Part shown: positions 9,461 to 19,296 of the stretch, piece by piece
Layout of the letters: each line of letters starts with the position of its first letter
Numbering within the stretch: the first letter of the stretch is position 1
NCBI GenBank assembly: GCA_019308925.1
Contig: JAFDHG010000003.1
Location: 3,367 to 67,366 of the forward strand
DNA: 64,000 nucleotides
Origin: Deltaproteobacteria bacterium
Lineage (GTDB): Bacteria > Desulfobacterota > B13-G15 > RBG-16-54-18
Direction: 5' to 3'
The notes under the pieces: generated by a model
Databases searched by the model: none
Seen by the model: the letters and a program-made list of their open reading frames with translations, nothing else
What the model was told of the DNA's origin: nothing
Translations under genes and position numbers: made by a program

Positions 9461-10402
9461 ATGAAGGAAGGCAAGGTCAGTCCAGAGGCAAAGGTGGGGA
9501 TCCTGGTGCTGGCGGGGATCGTCCTGTTGTTTTTCATGTCTTTCAGGATAAGCAGGCTGGAGAGGGTGAGGGGAGAGGTATACACCGCCCTCTTCCCCTC
9601 GGTCTCAGGCCTGGTGATCAACTCCGATGTAGAGGTGGCCGGGGTGCCTGTAGGAAAGGTGGAAAAGATCGGTTTGGAAAAAGGCAAGGCCAAGGTCTGG
9701 ATGAAGGTCGGGCAGGTCGAACTACATCGGGATGCCGAGGCGATCATCAAGACCCACGGGGTCCTGGGGGACAAATATATCGAGATTAAGCCGGGGTCCC
9801 CTGGAGCCCCTCTCCTACAACCAGGGGGGACCATAACCCGGGTGAGATCAGCACCGGATATGGATCAACTCTTCGTCTCTTTGGAGTCCGCCGCCCGGGG
9901 TATGGGCGATCTAGGGCAGTCCCTGCGGGAGGTCATCGGGGAGGAAGAGGGGAAGAATGCGATCAGGGAGTTGGTCATCAACCTCAAAGAGGCGAGCTCA
10001 GACTTCAGGGAGGTCGTCAAGGATAATAAGGACAAGGTAGGCAATATCATCGCCAACCTGGAGGACTTCTCCCATGGGCTGAAGCCCCTCTCACAGAGGG
10101 CCGAGCGGACCTTGGCCAATCTGGAGGAGATCAGTGCCAAGGTGAGGGCAGGGCAGGGGACCTTGGGGAAGCTCCTCACCGACGAGGCACTTTATTACGA
10201 TGCCAAAGAGGCCCTGGCCAGTTTCCGCAGGGTCATGGTGAAGGTAGAAAAGGGAGAGGGTTCCCTGGGGAAGCTCATGACTGATGATACATTCTCCCAA
10301 GAGGCCGAAAAGACCATGAGGAAGATGCAAAAGGCCTCCGAAGGGGTTCAGGAGCAGACCCCTATCACCACCCTGGGGGCCCTATTGGGGCTCTTCTTTT
10401 GA
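9461..10402 (+). CDS. mlaD: MCE-domain protein (MlaD-like)
   Basis: Start set at MKEGK with RBS AGGAGGTGAG upstream; single N-terminal transmembrane helix then an MCE domain; the ORF-track start at 9386 overlaps mlaF. Confidence 0.75.
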   Translation: MKEGKVSPEAKVGILVLAGIVLLFFMSFRISRLERVRGEVYTALFPSVSGLVINSDVEVAGVPVGKVEKIGLEKGKAKVWMKVGQVELHRDAEAIIKTHGVLGDKYIEIKPGSPGAPLLQPGGTITRVRSAPDMDQLFVSLESAARGMGDLGQSLREVIGEEEGKNAIRELVINLKEASSDFREVVKDNKDKVGNIIANLEDFSHGLKPLSQRAERTLANLEEISAKVRAGQGTLGKLLTDEALYYDAKEALASFRRVMVKVEKGEGSLGKLMTDDTFSQEAEKTMRKMQKASEGVQEQTPITTLGALLGLFF

Positions 10403-10405
10403 TCG

Positions 10406-11827
10406 GTGGGAGGTCCTTTGCTCAGCAAGGTCTTTACATGGTTGCTCATTTTTCTTCTCATCCCCCCTTTTTTTCTGACCTCCCCTGCTGCCCAGGGGAA
10501 GTCTTTGGGATTTTGGCCCTTTTTTTCGTACTACGAATCCGAAAGCCTCAAGGAATTGGAGGTCCTGGGACCCTTTTTTGTCTGGCGGGAGACTGAAGAT
10601 GGTAAGGAGTGGGGGATCAGGCCCTTTGTGTACCGTGCTACCGATCCCTCCCGGGAGGTCGAGCGTACGGAGTTCCTGTACCCTCTGGGGAAATATCAGC
10701 ATGTTCAGGGTGACACTAAGTTCTATCTTGTTCCGGTCAGCCTATCGCGGGATGAGGTGACCTATTCTTCCCCCGAAAGGAGGGAGAAGGCCTCCTCCAT
10801 CCTCACTGCCTTTTGGGGAGAGACGGATACAGGTGAGCGGTACGGGGGGTTTTTCCCACTGACCGGACACTTGAAGGAGCGGTTCGGTAGGGATGAAATT
10901 ACGTTTCATCTGTGGCCCCTGTATTCGCAGATTAAGAACGAGGGTGAGGTTACGTGGCGGATACTCTGGCCATTTATCTCTGTAACCAGGGGAGCGGCAG
11001 AGGGTGTGTATCTGTGGCCTCTCTGGGGTCATAAGGTGAGGAAAGGTGAGTATTCCAGAGGGTTTTTCATGTGGCCCTTTTATGCCTATTTTGATGAAGA
11101 TATGGACACCGATACGCCGGTACAAAAGCGGTATTATCTCCCGTTCTATGCATCGATTCGGTCACCTCAAACGACCGTTGATATGGTTTTCACCCCCTTC
11201 TTGTTCCATCAGAAGAGCGATACGCCTGCCTTCGAAAAGTGGGCGCTCTGGCCCATCGCGACGAAGATTGAGGGAGATAAAATTCGAGAGAGGAGACTCT
11301 TCCCTTTGTTCCGCAAACGGGAAGAGCCTGGGAAGGAGCGGCGCTTTTTTCTCTGGCCCCTAAATTCCTATGAGTTTGATCGATTTGGGACAGAGGAACA
11401 GGAGGTACACCGTTTCCTACTCATCAATAGGTACAGGATAGTTAGGGATGTTGGTACGGGGACAGAAGCCATCGATGCCAATCTCTGGCCCCTCTTTGAC
11501 TATCGTCAAGGGTTTGAGGGTGAGGTAAGCCTTTATATCTTTCCCCTTCTCCCCCTCCACGATGAGGGGATGAAGCGCAACATCTACCCCCTTTTTTGGG
11601 TCTACCGATATACTCGCTCCCCAGAGGGGGAGACTCTGTCAGACCTCCTCTGGGGGCTTTACAGACGCAGGAGCTCACCTCAGGTTTCATTTACCCAACT
11701 TGCCTTTTTCCTGCGCATCGAGAAGAAACACAATGGAGATTTTTATTTATCCTTTTTCGAGGGATTGTTCCGCTATCAGAGGACGAAGGAGGGGGAGATG
11801 ATGAGATTTCTGTTTATTGATTTTTGA
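10406..11827 (+). CDS. Signal-peptide protein with about ten degenerate W-P-L/F repeats; probably continuous with the downstream OmpA-like domain
   Basis: Signal peptide; recurring h-LWPL/F motifs about every 20 aa (LWPLYSQ, ILWPFISV, YLWPLWGH, FMWPFYAY, ALWPIATK, FLWPLNSY, NLWPLFDY, IYPLFWVY); reading frame ends at a T5 run. Confidence 0.5.
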   Translation: MGGPLLSKVFTWLLIFLLIPPFFLTSPAAQGKSLGFWPFFSYYESESLKELEVLGPFFVWRETEDGKEWGIRPFVYRATDPSREVERTEFLYPLGKYQHVQGDTKFYLVPVSLSRDEVTYSSPERREKASSILTAFWGETDTGERYGGFFPLTGHLKERFGRDEITFHLWPLYSQIKNEGEVTWRILWPFISVTRGAAEGVYLWPLWGHKVRKGEYSRGFFMWPFYAYFDEDMDTDTPVQKRYYLPFYASIRSPQTTVDMVFTPFLFHQKSDTPAFEKWALWPIATKIEGDKIRERRLFPLFRKREEPGKERRFFLWPLNSYEFDRFGTEEQEVHRFLLINRYRIVRDVGTGTEAIDANLWPLFDYRQGFEGEVSLYIFPLLPLHDEGMKRNIYPLFWVYRYTRSPEGETLSDLLWGLYRRRSSPQVSFTQLAFFLRIEKKHNGDFYLSFFEGLFRYQRTKEGEMMRFLFIDF

Positions 11828-12140
11828 AGTAATAATTCTCAAGGGTGTGGGTTTTGCTTTTAATTCGGCTGAGCTTACCCCTCAGAGTCGGGTCGTCTTG
11901 GACAAGCAGGTTGCTATCTTAAAGGAGAATCCTGATGTTAGGGTAGAGATTGCGGGTCATACTGATAGCGTTGGCTCAGATGCTTACAATCAGAGCCTTT
12001 CAGAGAGGAGGGCCAAGGCGGTGATGGAGTATTTTATTTCGGAAGGTATCTCTCCAAATCGTCTAAAGGCAGTGGGTTATGGAGAATCACGCCCCATCAT
12101 TTCCCAGAAGGCTGAGGTAGTGGGTTCAAAGGGTTTTTAA
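11817..12140 (+). CDS. OmpA/MotB-like peptidoglycan-binding domain, apparently frameshifted from the preceding ORF
   Basis: NSAELTPQS...AGHTDSVGSDAYNQSLSERRAKAV...GYGESRPI is the canonical OmpA C-like motif; the ORF begins inside the TTTTT run that ends the upstream ORF; a one-base indel fuses the two. Confidence 0.6.
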   Translation: MIFEVIILKGVGFAFNSAELTPQSRVVLDKQVAILKENPDVRVEIAGHTDSVGSDAYNQSLSERRAKAVMEYFISEGISPNRLKAVGYGESRPIISQKAEVVGSKGF

Positions 12141-12167
12141 AAAATTGAACATGATAAATATTTTTTT

Positions 12168-12196
12168 TGACAAAGCGAGGGTTAGCAGGTAAAGTA
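12168..12196 (+). promoter_or_regulatory. Sigma-70-like promoter for the FKBP gene
   Basis: TTGACA (12168-12173), 17-nt spacer, TAAAGT (12191-12196), about 50 nt upstream of the start. Confidence 0.35.
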
Positions 12197-12245
12197 TATC
12201 ACTAAACGCTTCGCTGAGTTCAAAAGGATAGGGAAAGGAGAAAAG

Positions 12246-12674
12246 ATGACAAAGGCGAAAGAAGGGGACACAGTTAAGATCCACTATACCGGCAAACTCA
12301 AGGATGGGAGTATATTTGACTCCTCTCGGGACGGCGACCCCTTGGAACTTATCTTAGGAGCCGGGCAGGTGATCCCTGGTTTCGAGGAGGCGGTGGTAGG
12401 GATGAGCCCGAGTGACTCCAAGACCTTCGAAATATTGGCTGAAGAGGCCTATGGTCCCTATAGGGAGGAGTTGCTTGTGGAGATCGACAAGGAACAAGTC
12501 CCAGAGGATCTCAATTTAGAGATCGGGCAGCAACTCGTCTTGCGCCAGGCCGAGGGGCAGATGGTTAGGGTGATGGTGACGGATATATCTGAGGCCACCG
12601 TAACCTTAGACGCCAACCACCCCCTGGCTGGGGAGGACCTGACCTTTGAGGTCCAGTTAGTAGAGATTGTTTAG
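12246..12674 (+). CDS. FKBP-type peptidyl-prolyl cis-trans isomerase (SlyD-like, without His-rich tail)
   Basis: 142 aa; VKIHYTGKLKDGSIFDSS...VIPGFEEAVVGM is the FKBP core with an inserted flap. Confidence 0.8.
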   Translation: MTKAKEGDTVKIHYTGKLKDGSIFDSSRDGDPLELILGAGQVIPGFEEAVVGMSPSDSKTFEILAEEAYGPYREELLVEIDKEQVPEDLNLEIGQQLVLRQAEGQMVRVMVTDISEATVTLDANHPLAGEDLTFEVQLVEIV

Positions 12675-12694
12675 CAAACCCTCATGAGGGTTTG
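12675..12694 (+). terminator. Perfect palindromic hairpin downstream of the FKBP gene
   Basis: caaaccctca/tgagggtttg, a 10-bp perfect inverted repeat directly after the stop; no clear T-tract. Confidence 0.35.
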
Positions 12695-12710
12695 CCCTCA
12701 TCCTCGACTA

Positions 12711-12885
12711 TGTAAAATACAGGGTTCAAAGATTTAAATCATAGGATTCCAGGGGTCTAGGGGCCCAGGGTTCTAGTGAAAGACAAAGACCTTGAACCCT
12801 GTAGAATTAAATTATTCACAGGGTGAATCCTAGAACCCTCAAATCCTGTCTTATATAGGGTTTCAGGGGGCGAAGCCCCCTGAAG
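12711..12885. repeat. Copy A of the dispersed palindromic intergenic repeat family
   Basis: tgtaaaatacagggttcaa... ggattccaggggtctaggggcccagggttctagtg ... ttgaaccctgtag; shares 12-40-nt blocks with copies at 29768, 45117, 47285 and 56965. Confidence 0.6.
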
Positions 12886-12959
12886 TAAGGCTGCAACACG
12901 TAAGAACCTAAATGAATTATATAAACTTCAATTTACCATGAAGTATTTTCACGGTAAAT

Positions 12960-15900
12960 TTAGACTCCCTGTTGAGATAGATAATCACCCAGAAACCTGG
13001 CGGTATATGATTTGTCCTTCTGCTCTATGATCTCCCATGGGTTGCCCTGGACGACAATGTGGCCTCCACCTGCTCCGCCTTCAGGACCAAGGTCGATGAT
13101 ATAATCGGCCTCCTTAATCACCTCCAGGTTGTGTTCGATGACTACTACCGTGTTTCCCCTGTCTATTAGATTTTGCAGTACCTTCAGCAGTTTTTCAATA
13201 TCCGCTATGTGGAGGCCGGTGGTCGGTTCATCCAAGACGTAGAGGGTCTTTCCCCTGGAGGGCTTGCAGAGCTCGGCGACCAGTTTTACCCTCTGTGCCT
13301 CCCCCCCAGAGAGGGTGGGGCTCGGTTGCCCAAAGGTGAGGTAGCCGAGCCCCATATCCACGATCATCTGCAGGATCCGCTTCACCTTGGGTATGGCGGA
13401 GAAGAACTTCAGGCCCTCCTCAAAGGTCATCTCCAAGACCTGGTGGATGTTTTTGCCCTTGTAGATAACAGAGAGGGTTTCATCATTGTAGCGGCGCCCA
13501 GAGCACCCGTTGCAGTACACATATACATCAGGCAGAAACTGCATCTTGACCTTGATCTTGCCCTGGCCTGCACACTCCTCGCACCTCCCCCCTTTTACGT
13601 TGAAGGAGAACCTCCCCGCTCCATACCCCCTTCCCCTCGCCTCGGGGGTCAGGGAGAAGATGCGTCTTATTTCATCGAAGAGCCCCACGTAGGTGGCAGG
13701 GGTGGAGCGAGGTGTCCTCCCGATAGGGGAGTGGTCCACCTCCAAGACCCTCTCCAGATGCTTCCATCCCCTGATCTCGTTGTGGGCCCCCACCTTTCCC
13801 TTGGCGTCGCTCAAGAGGTTTCTCAGCCCACAGAAGATGGTCTCCTTCAGGAGGGTAGATTTCCCCGATCCTGAGACCCCGGTGATACAGGTGAAGCTGC
13901 CCAATGGGATACAGACATCGATCTCCTTCAGATTGTGTTCCCTGGCTCCCAGGACCCAGAGCCATCGCCCCTCCTTGGGTGGGCGCAGGCGGGAGGTGAT
14001 CTTTCTTCGACGACGGCCGTTCAGGTAGGCACCGGTGATCGAGGCGGGGCAGCTTTGGATCTCCTCCAGGGTGCCGGCAGCTACCACCCTCCCTCCATGT
14101 ACCCCCCCTCCAGGCCCTAAATCTATGATGTAGTCCCCCCTTCTAATGGTCTCCTCATCGTGCTCCACCACCATGATGGTATTGCCTCGGTCCCTCATCT
14201 CCCCGAGGGTGGCCAGCAGCATCTGGTTGTCCCGGGGGTGCAGCCCAATGGTGGGCTCATCCAGGATATAGCAGACCCCTCTCAGGTTGGAGCCGAGCTG
14301 GGCAGCCAGGCGGATCCTTTGGGCCTCTCCCCCTGAGAGGGTGTCCCCTCGGCGCTCCAGGGTGAGGTAAGAGAGCCCAACCCTGTTGAGGAACTGGAGC
14401 TTGGTCATGACCTCTCTGATGATCCCCTCGGTAATGGGTATCTCGGCCTCATCAAAGTGGAGCTCCCCAAAGACCCTCTCGGCATCCTGCGCTGACAGGG
14501 AGACAAGATCCCATATTCCCCACCCCTTCACCTTTACCGCTAGGGCGTTCTCCTTCAGGCGTTGCCCCTTACAGAGGGGGCATTCTCTCTCCCCCATATA
14601 GGGGAGCAGGTAATCAAGGAGCCCATTCCCCTCGGCGTATCGGAGCAGCTCCCTCAGGATAGGGATCACCCCCTGGAATCCATCGCCACCATGGAGGATC
14701 TTTCTTTTTATCTCCTCCCTCAACTCCACCAGGGGCCTGTCCAGGGGGATGCCGAGCCTTTTATGGATCTCCCTGAGGACCTTCCCTTTCTGTCTTCGCA
14801 GCGGCCCCTCCTCAAAAGGGGTCAAAGCACCCCCTTCAAGAGACCTCTTCGGCTCAGGCAACACCAGGTCATCGACGAAGTCGCTCAGGCTTCCCAGCCC
14901 CTGACAATAGGGGCAGGCCCCGTAGCGACTGTTGAAGGAGAAGAGCCGTGGATCGAGCTCCTCAAACCCTATGCGGCACCGAGGACAGTAGAGCCGCTGG
15001 CTGAAGATCCTCTCTTCCCCGTCATGGGCCAGGAGATAGATGGTTCCCCTGCTCAACTGCAGGCCCCTGTGCACCACCTCCATGAGCCCGGAGCGGCCCC
15101 CCCGGCTGATCTCCCGCTGATCCACCACTACCTCTATGTCATGCTCTTGGTAGCGGCTCAAAAGTGGTAAGGGGTCAAGATCCACCATCACCCCGTCGAT
15201 TCTTGCTTTGGTGTAGCCAGCCCGCCTCGCCCCCTCCAAGGCCTCCTTGTGAAACCCTTTGCGCCCCATCACCAAGGGGGCTAGGATGGCCACCTCCCTT
15301 CCCCCGTAGTCCTTTATGATCTCCTGTGTGATCCCCTCCAGAGGGTGCGAGGAGATCTCCCCGCCACAGTGGGGGCAATATTGCACCCCTACTTTGCTGT
15401 ACAGCAGCCTCAGATAGTGGTAGATCTCCGTCATGGTGGCCACGGTGGAGCGACTCCCCCCTTGACTGATCCTCTGCTCGATGGCCACGGTGGGGGGGAT
15501 GCCGGTGATGAGGTCCACGTGGGGTCGGTCCATGATCTTGAGGTACTGCCTGATGTACGAGGAGAGGCATTCCAGATAGCGCCTTTGTCCCTCGGCGAAG
15601 ACGACATCGAACGCCAGGGTCGATTTTCCCGAGCCGCTCATGCCGGTGATGATCACCAGCTGGTCCCTGGGGATGGCCAGTTTGAGGTCACGCAGGTTGT
15701 GCTCCCTGGCCCCGGTGATGCAGATGGCCCCTCTATCAGTCCCTTTTTCCTCCTTCAGTTCCAGGGGCGTTGGGAGAACTTTTACCTCCTCCCCCTTCAG
15801 ATATCTATGCAGGAAACGCCCGGTATGGGAGCTCTCACATTCCGCCACCTCCTCGGGGGTGCTGGCGATCACTACGTACCCTCCCTCTTCGCCGCCCTCG

Positions 15901-18530
15901 GGCCCGAGGTCGATGAGGTAATCTGCGCACTTGATCACGTCCATATTGTGCTCGATGACCACCAAGGTATTTCCTTCCTCCACCAGCCTGTCGAAGGCGG
16001 ACAGTAACTGGCGGATATCGTCAAAGTGCAGTCCTATGGTGGGTTCGTCGAAGATGAACAGAGTGTTCGCCCTTCCCCGTTTCATGTACTGGGCCAGCTT
16101 CAACCTCTGGGCCTCTCCCCCTGAGAGGGTATTTATCGGCTGCCCTAGCCTCATATACCCCAACCCCACCTCCACTAGGGGAGACAGGGAGGCGGTGATC
16201 CGGAGATGGTCGCAGAAGAACTCTATGGCCTCCTGGGCCGTCATCTCCAGGACATCGTTGATATTCTTTCCCTGGTAGGTAACCTCTAAGATCTCATCTT
16301 TGAACCTCTTGCCCCTGCAGACAGGGCAGGTGATGTAGACGTCAGAGAGGAACTGCATCTGGACCTTTTCGAACCCCTCACCCTGACACTCCTCACACCT
16401 GCCTCCAGGGACATTAAAGGAGAAGGTCCCCGGGGTATATCCCCTCGCCCTGGAGAGGGGAACTCGGGAGAACAGGTGACGGATGGGGTCGTAGGCCTTG
16501 AGGTAGCTGATGGGGTTGGCCCGCGGGGTCTTCCCGATGGGCCTCTGGTCTACCAGGACCACCTCGGAGACCAGATCAGCCCCAGTGATCTCCTTAAACC
16601 TTCCCGGCCTCTCTTCATGGGCGCCCTTGGCCCTCTTGAGCCCCTTGTAGAGGATATCCTCGGCCAGTGTGCTCTTACCTGAGCCGGAGACCCCGCTGAT
16701 ACAGGTCATCAGCCCCAGGGGAATCTCCAGGTCGATCCCCTTCAAGTTGTGCTCTTGGGCCCCGCGGACCCTGATCACCTCCCCTTCTTTGGGTCTGCGG
16801 CGCATTGTGGGAACAGGTATCCGCAGGTCACCCTTTAGATACCTACCCGTGAGGGACCCTGGCTCCTGCGTGATTCCGGCTATGGGGCCATGGTAGACCA
16901 AGGTTCCCCCCTTCTCTCCGGCCCCTGGCCCCAGGTCCACGATGTAATCGCATCCCTTGACGATCTCTGTGTCGTGTTCCACCACCACTACCGTGTTTCC
17001 CATCTCCCTGAGGGCCTGAAGGATCTGCACCAAGCGGTGGCTGTCCCGGGGGTGTAGTCCGATGCTTGGCTCATCCAGGATATATAAGGTGTTCACCAAG
17101 GAAGAGCCCAGGGCCTTGGTGAGGCTTACCCGTTCTACCTCCCCTCCTGAGAGGGTGCGGGACTGGCGCTCCAGAGTAAGGTAGGCTAGCCCCACCTCCA
17201 TCAGATACCACAGCCTCCCGGTGATCTCCCGCAGGAGGAGCCCGGTCACCTCATCACCGGGCAACGCACTGAGCTCATTGAAGAACTCCTGGGCCTCACC
17301 GATGCTCATGGCATAGACCTCGGCGATGTTTTTTCCCTTTATCCTCCAAAGGAGCGCTTCATTCTTGAAGCGCGTCCCAACGCAGCTGGGGCAGGTCACA
17401 TAACTGCGATAGCGGGACAGAAAGACACGAACATGGAGCTTATACCTCTTGGTCTCCAGCCAGCGGAAGAATCCCCTCACCCCGTAAAACTTCCCATCGC
17501 CGTCGATGATGGCCCTTTTGTCCTCCTCCTTGAGGTCCTTGAAAGGGATGTCAGTGGGGATCCCCCGACGCCGGCAGAAGGTCATCAGGTCCTCGAACTC
17601 CAGACGGGCGATCCCGGTCCACGGTTTGATGGCCCCTTGGCGCAAGGTCTTGTTCTTGTCAGGGACTACCAGGTCGAGATCGATGTCGATGACCCGACCA
17701 AACCCCCGGCAGGTCTTGCAGGCCCCGATGGGGGAGTTGAAGGAGAATAGATTGGGGATGGGGTCCCGATATGAGATATCGCAGTAGGGGCAGTGCAGCC
17801 GGGTACTGAAGCGCAGGGTTTCCCCTCCAAGGAGGTGGATCGCCATCTCTCCTTTCCCGAACGTGAGGGCCTGCTCAAGGGAGTCGATGCACCGCTTCCT
17901 TTCCTCGGGCCGGAAGACCAGACGGTCGACTACCACCTGGATCTCCTCCCCCGTTTCTACACCCCCCTCCAGGGGTGTCACCTCCCCATCTCTGAGGATC
18001 CGGAAGAACCCCAGACCTGCGAGGCGGCTTGCAGCCTGCTCTGGTGAGATTCCCTGCAGGCGGAAGGGAAAGGTGATGACCATCTTTGTGGCGGAGGGGA
18101 GCTGAGAGAGCTCGGCGAAGATGGTTTGAGGGGTATCCCGCTGCACCTTACGGCCACACCCCCGGCATGAGAGCTCGGCAATGCGGGCAAACAGCAACTT
18201 GGTATAATCGGTGATCTCAGTCATGGTCCCCACGGTGGAGCGGGAGGTCTTGACCGGGTCCCCCTGCTCGATGGCTATGGCCGGGGGGATCCCCTCTATC
18301 CTCTCCACGTGGGGCCTGTCCATGCGGTCCATGAACTGGCGGGCATAGGGGGAGAAGGTTTCCACATAGCGGCGCTGGCCCTCTGCATATAAGGTGTCGA
18401 AGGCGAGGCTTGACTTCCCTGAGCCGCTCACCCCCGTGACGACGGTGATCTTCTGCAAAGGGATCTCGAGATCGAACCCCTTCAGGTTGTTCTGCCTGGC
18501 CCCGATGACCTTTATGGCCTTCTCACCCAT
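12960..18530 (-). CDS. uvrA: Tandem-fused double UvrA (two full excinuclease ABC subunit A units in one 1856-aa polypeptide)
   Basis: Four Walker A sites (GVSGSGKSS, GVSGSGKST, GMSGSGKST, GVSGSGKST) and four LSGGE signatures; each half has Walker A to signature spacing of about 425 aa and Cys-rich zinc modules as in UvrA; single uninterrupted ORF. Confidence 0.85.
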   Translation of the reverse strand: MGEKAIKVIGARQNNLKGFDLEIPLQKITVVTGVSGSGKSSLAFDTLYAEGQRRYVETFSPYARQFMDRMDRPHVERIEGIPPAIAIEQGDPVKTSRSTVGTMTEITDYTKLLFARIAELSCRGCGRKVQRDTPQTIFAELSQLPSATKMVITFPFRLQGISPEQAASRLAGLGFFRILRDGEVTPLEGGVETGEEIQVVVDRLVFRPEERKRCIDSLEQALTFGKGEMAIHLLGGETLRFSTRLHCPYCDISYRDPIPNLFSFNSPIGACKTCRGFGRVIDIDLDLVVPDKNKTLRQGAIKPWTGIARLEFEDLMTFCRRRGIPTDIPFKDLKEEDKRAIIDGDGKFYGVRGFFRWLETKRYKLHVRVFLSRYRSYVTCPSCVGTRFKNEALLWRIKGKNIAEVYAMSIGEAQEFFNELSALPGDEVTGLLLREITGRLWYLMEVGLAYLTLERQSRTLSGGEVERVSLTKALGSSLVNTLYILDEPSIGLHPRDSHRLVQILQALREMGNTVVVVEHDTEIVKGCDYIVDLGPGAGEKGGTLVYHGPIAGITQEPGSLTGRYLKGDLRIPVPTMRRRPKEGEVIRVRGAQEHNLKGIDLEIPLGLMTCISGVSGSGKSTLAEDILYKGLKRAKGAHEERPGRFKEITGADLVSEVVLVDQRPIGKTPRANPISYLKAYDPIRHLFSRVPLSRARGYTPGTFSFNVPGGRCEECQGEGFEKVQMQFLSDVYITCPVCRGKRFKDEILEVTYQGKNINDVLEMTAQEAIEFFCDHLRITASLSPLVEVGLGYMRLGQPINTLSGGEAQRLKLAQYMKRGRANTLFIFDEPTIGLHFDDIRQLLSAFDRLVEEGNTLVVIEHNMDVIKCADYLIDLGPEGGEEGGYVVIASTPEEVAECESSHTGRFLHRYLKGEEVKVLPTPLELKEEKGTDRGAICITGAREHNLRDLKLAIPRDQLVIITGMSGSGKSTLAFDVVFAEGQRRYLECLSSYIRQYLKIMDRPHVDLITGIPPTVAIEQRISQGGSRSTVATMTEIYHYLRLLYSKVGVQYCPHCGGEISSHPLEGITQEIIKDYGGREVAILAPLVMGRKGFHKEALEGARRAGYTKARIDGVMVDLDPLPLLSRYQEHDIEVVVDQREISRGGRSGLMEVVHRGLQLSRGTIYLLAHDGEERIFSQRLYCPRCRIGFEELDPRLFSFNSRYGACPYCQGLGSLSDFVDDLVLPEPKRSLEGGALTPFEEGPLRRQKGKVLREIHKRLGIPLDRPLVELREEIKRKILHGGDGFQGVIPILRELLRYAEGNGLLDYLLPYMGERECPLCKGQRLKENALAVKVKGWGIWDLVSLSAQDAERVFGELHFDEAEIPITEGIIREVMTKLQFLNRVGLSYLTLERRGDTLSGGEAQRIRLAAQLGSNLRGVCYILDEPTIGLHPRDNQMLLATLGEMRDRGNTIMVVEHDEETIRRGDYIIDLGPGGGVHGGRVVAAGTLEEIQSCPASITGAYLNGRRRRKITSRLRPPKEGRWLWVLGAREHNLKEIDVCIPLGSFTCITGVSGSGKSTLLKETIFCGLRNLLSDAKGKVGAHNEIRGWKHLERVLEVDHSPIGRTPRSTPATYVGLFDEIRRIFSLTPEARGRGYGAGRFSFNVKGGRCEECAGQGKIKVKMQFLPDVYVYCNGCSGRRYNDETLSVIYKGKNIHQVLEMTFEEGLKFFSAIPKVKRILQMIVDMGLGYLTFGQPSPTLSGGEAQRVKLVAELCKPSRGKTLYVLDEPTTGLHIADIEKLLKVLQNLIDRGNTVVVIEHNLEVIKEADYIIDLGPEGGAGGGHIVVQGNPWEIIEQKDKSYTARFLGDYLSQQGV

Positions 18531-18727
18531 TTCGATATCATTTTATCCCCTTATTGGGGAAAGGGAAAGGGGGTCTTTTGGGGGTTATTGGACTGTTATT
18601 CCGTGATTTAAGTTCAGGTTCAGTTTTTTTCAATAAGTTGCTTTATCAGTAACTTTGTTCTGGCATTAAAGCCTGTATTTGATAAAATGATAAAAGTTAA
18701 ACCCTTACTGAGGAAGGAGGTTGGATT

Positions 18728-19294
18728 ATGGATAAAAAATTTTTCTATTTTTTGTTAGTAGCTGGATTGGTTGTTTTTGGAATAGTGCTAGCAGGATATG
18801 GAAAAGAGAGAAAAGGCACTGCAAAGGTAAAGGTAGAGGGATCCCCCAAAATTGCGGAAGTAAGAGCATTGAGGAATGTTATAGAGATAAAAGCAGAAGG
18901 GGAAATTCTGCATTATCAAAAAGAATCTCTTTGGAATGAAGAAGATTTTTCTGAAATCCTGGGATCAAGAAAGAAATTTGAGTCTACAGAGGTCGGTTCT
19001 TTTAAGAAAAACGTGGAAAGATATAACAGATATGTCGTTGATTCTAAGGTTGAATTCAATAAAGCAAGGAAATCAACCACTTTAATATGCGATGTGAAGG
19101 GGGCAAAAGCAGGATCTTGGTATGATTTTGATTGGTTTCTAAGGCCTCGCGGTTTAGACTTCATTGACAGTCATTTTAACAGAAGAGAAAAGGAGCTTTA
19201 TTGGGAAGGGGAAATCAATGGGATAAGAACATCAATAAGCATAAAGTTCCCTTTTCTTATTTCTAATTGCCATGAGCATGTCTGGCCAAGGTAA
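18728..19294 (+). CDS. Hypothetical membrane-anchored protein (lower-GC region)
   Basis: 188 aa; N-terminal transmembrane helix; Lys/Glu-rich; RBS GGAAGGAGG upstream. Confidence 0.4.
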   Translation: MDKKFFYFLLVAGLVVFGIVLAGYGKERKGTAKVKVEGSPKIAEVRALRNVIEIKAEGEILHYQKESLWNEEDFSEILGSRKKFESTEVGSFKKNVERYNRYVVDSKVEFNKARKSTTLICDVKGAKAGSWYDFDWFLRPRGLDFIDSHFNRREKELYWEGEINGIRTSISIKFPFLISNCHEHVWPR

Positions 19295-19296
19295 GA

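Noticed and set aside
9028-9834. 268-aa minus-strand ORF
   Set aside because: Antisense to mlaF and mlaD; no homology signal.
13173-16278. Several + strand ORFs (233, 202, 220, 115 aa and others) inside the uvrA region
   Set aside because: They are antisense to a continuous, strongly homologous UvrA reading frame; high-GC DNA produces long spurious antisense ORFs; no motifs.
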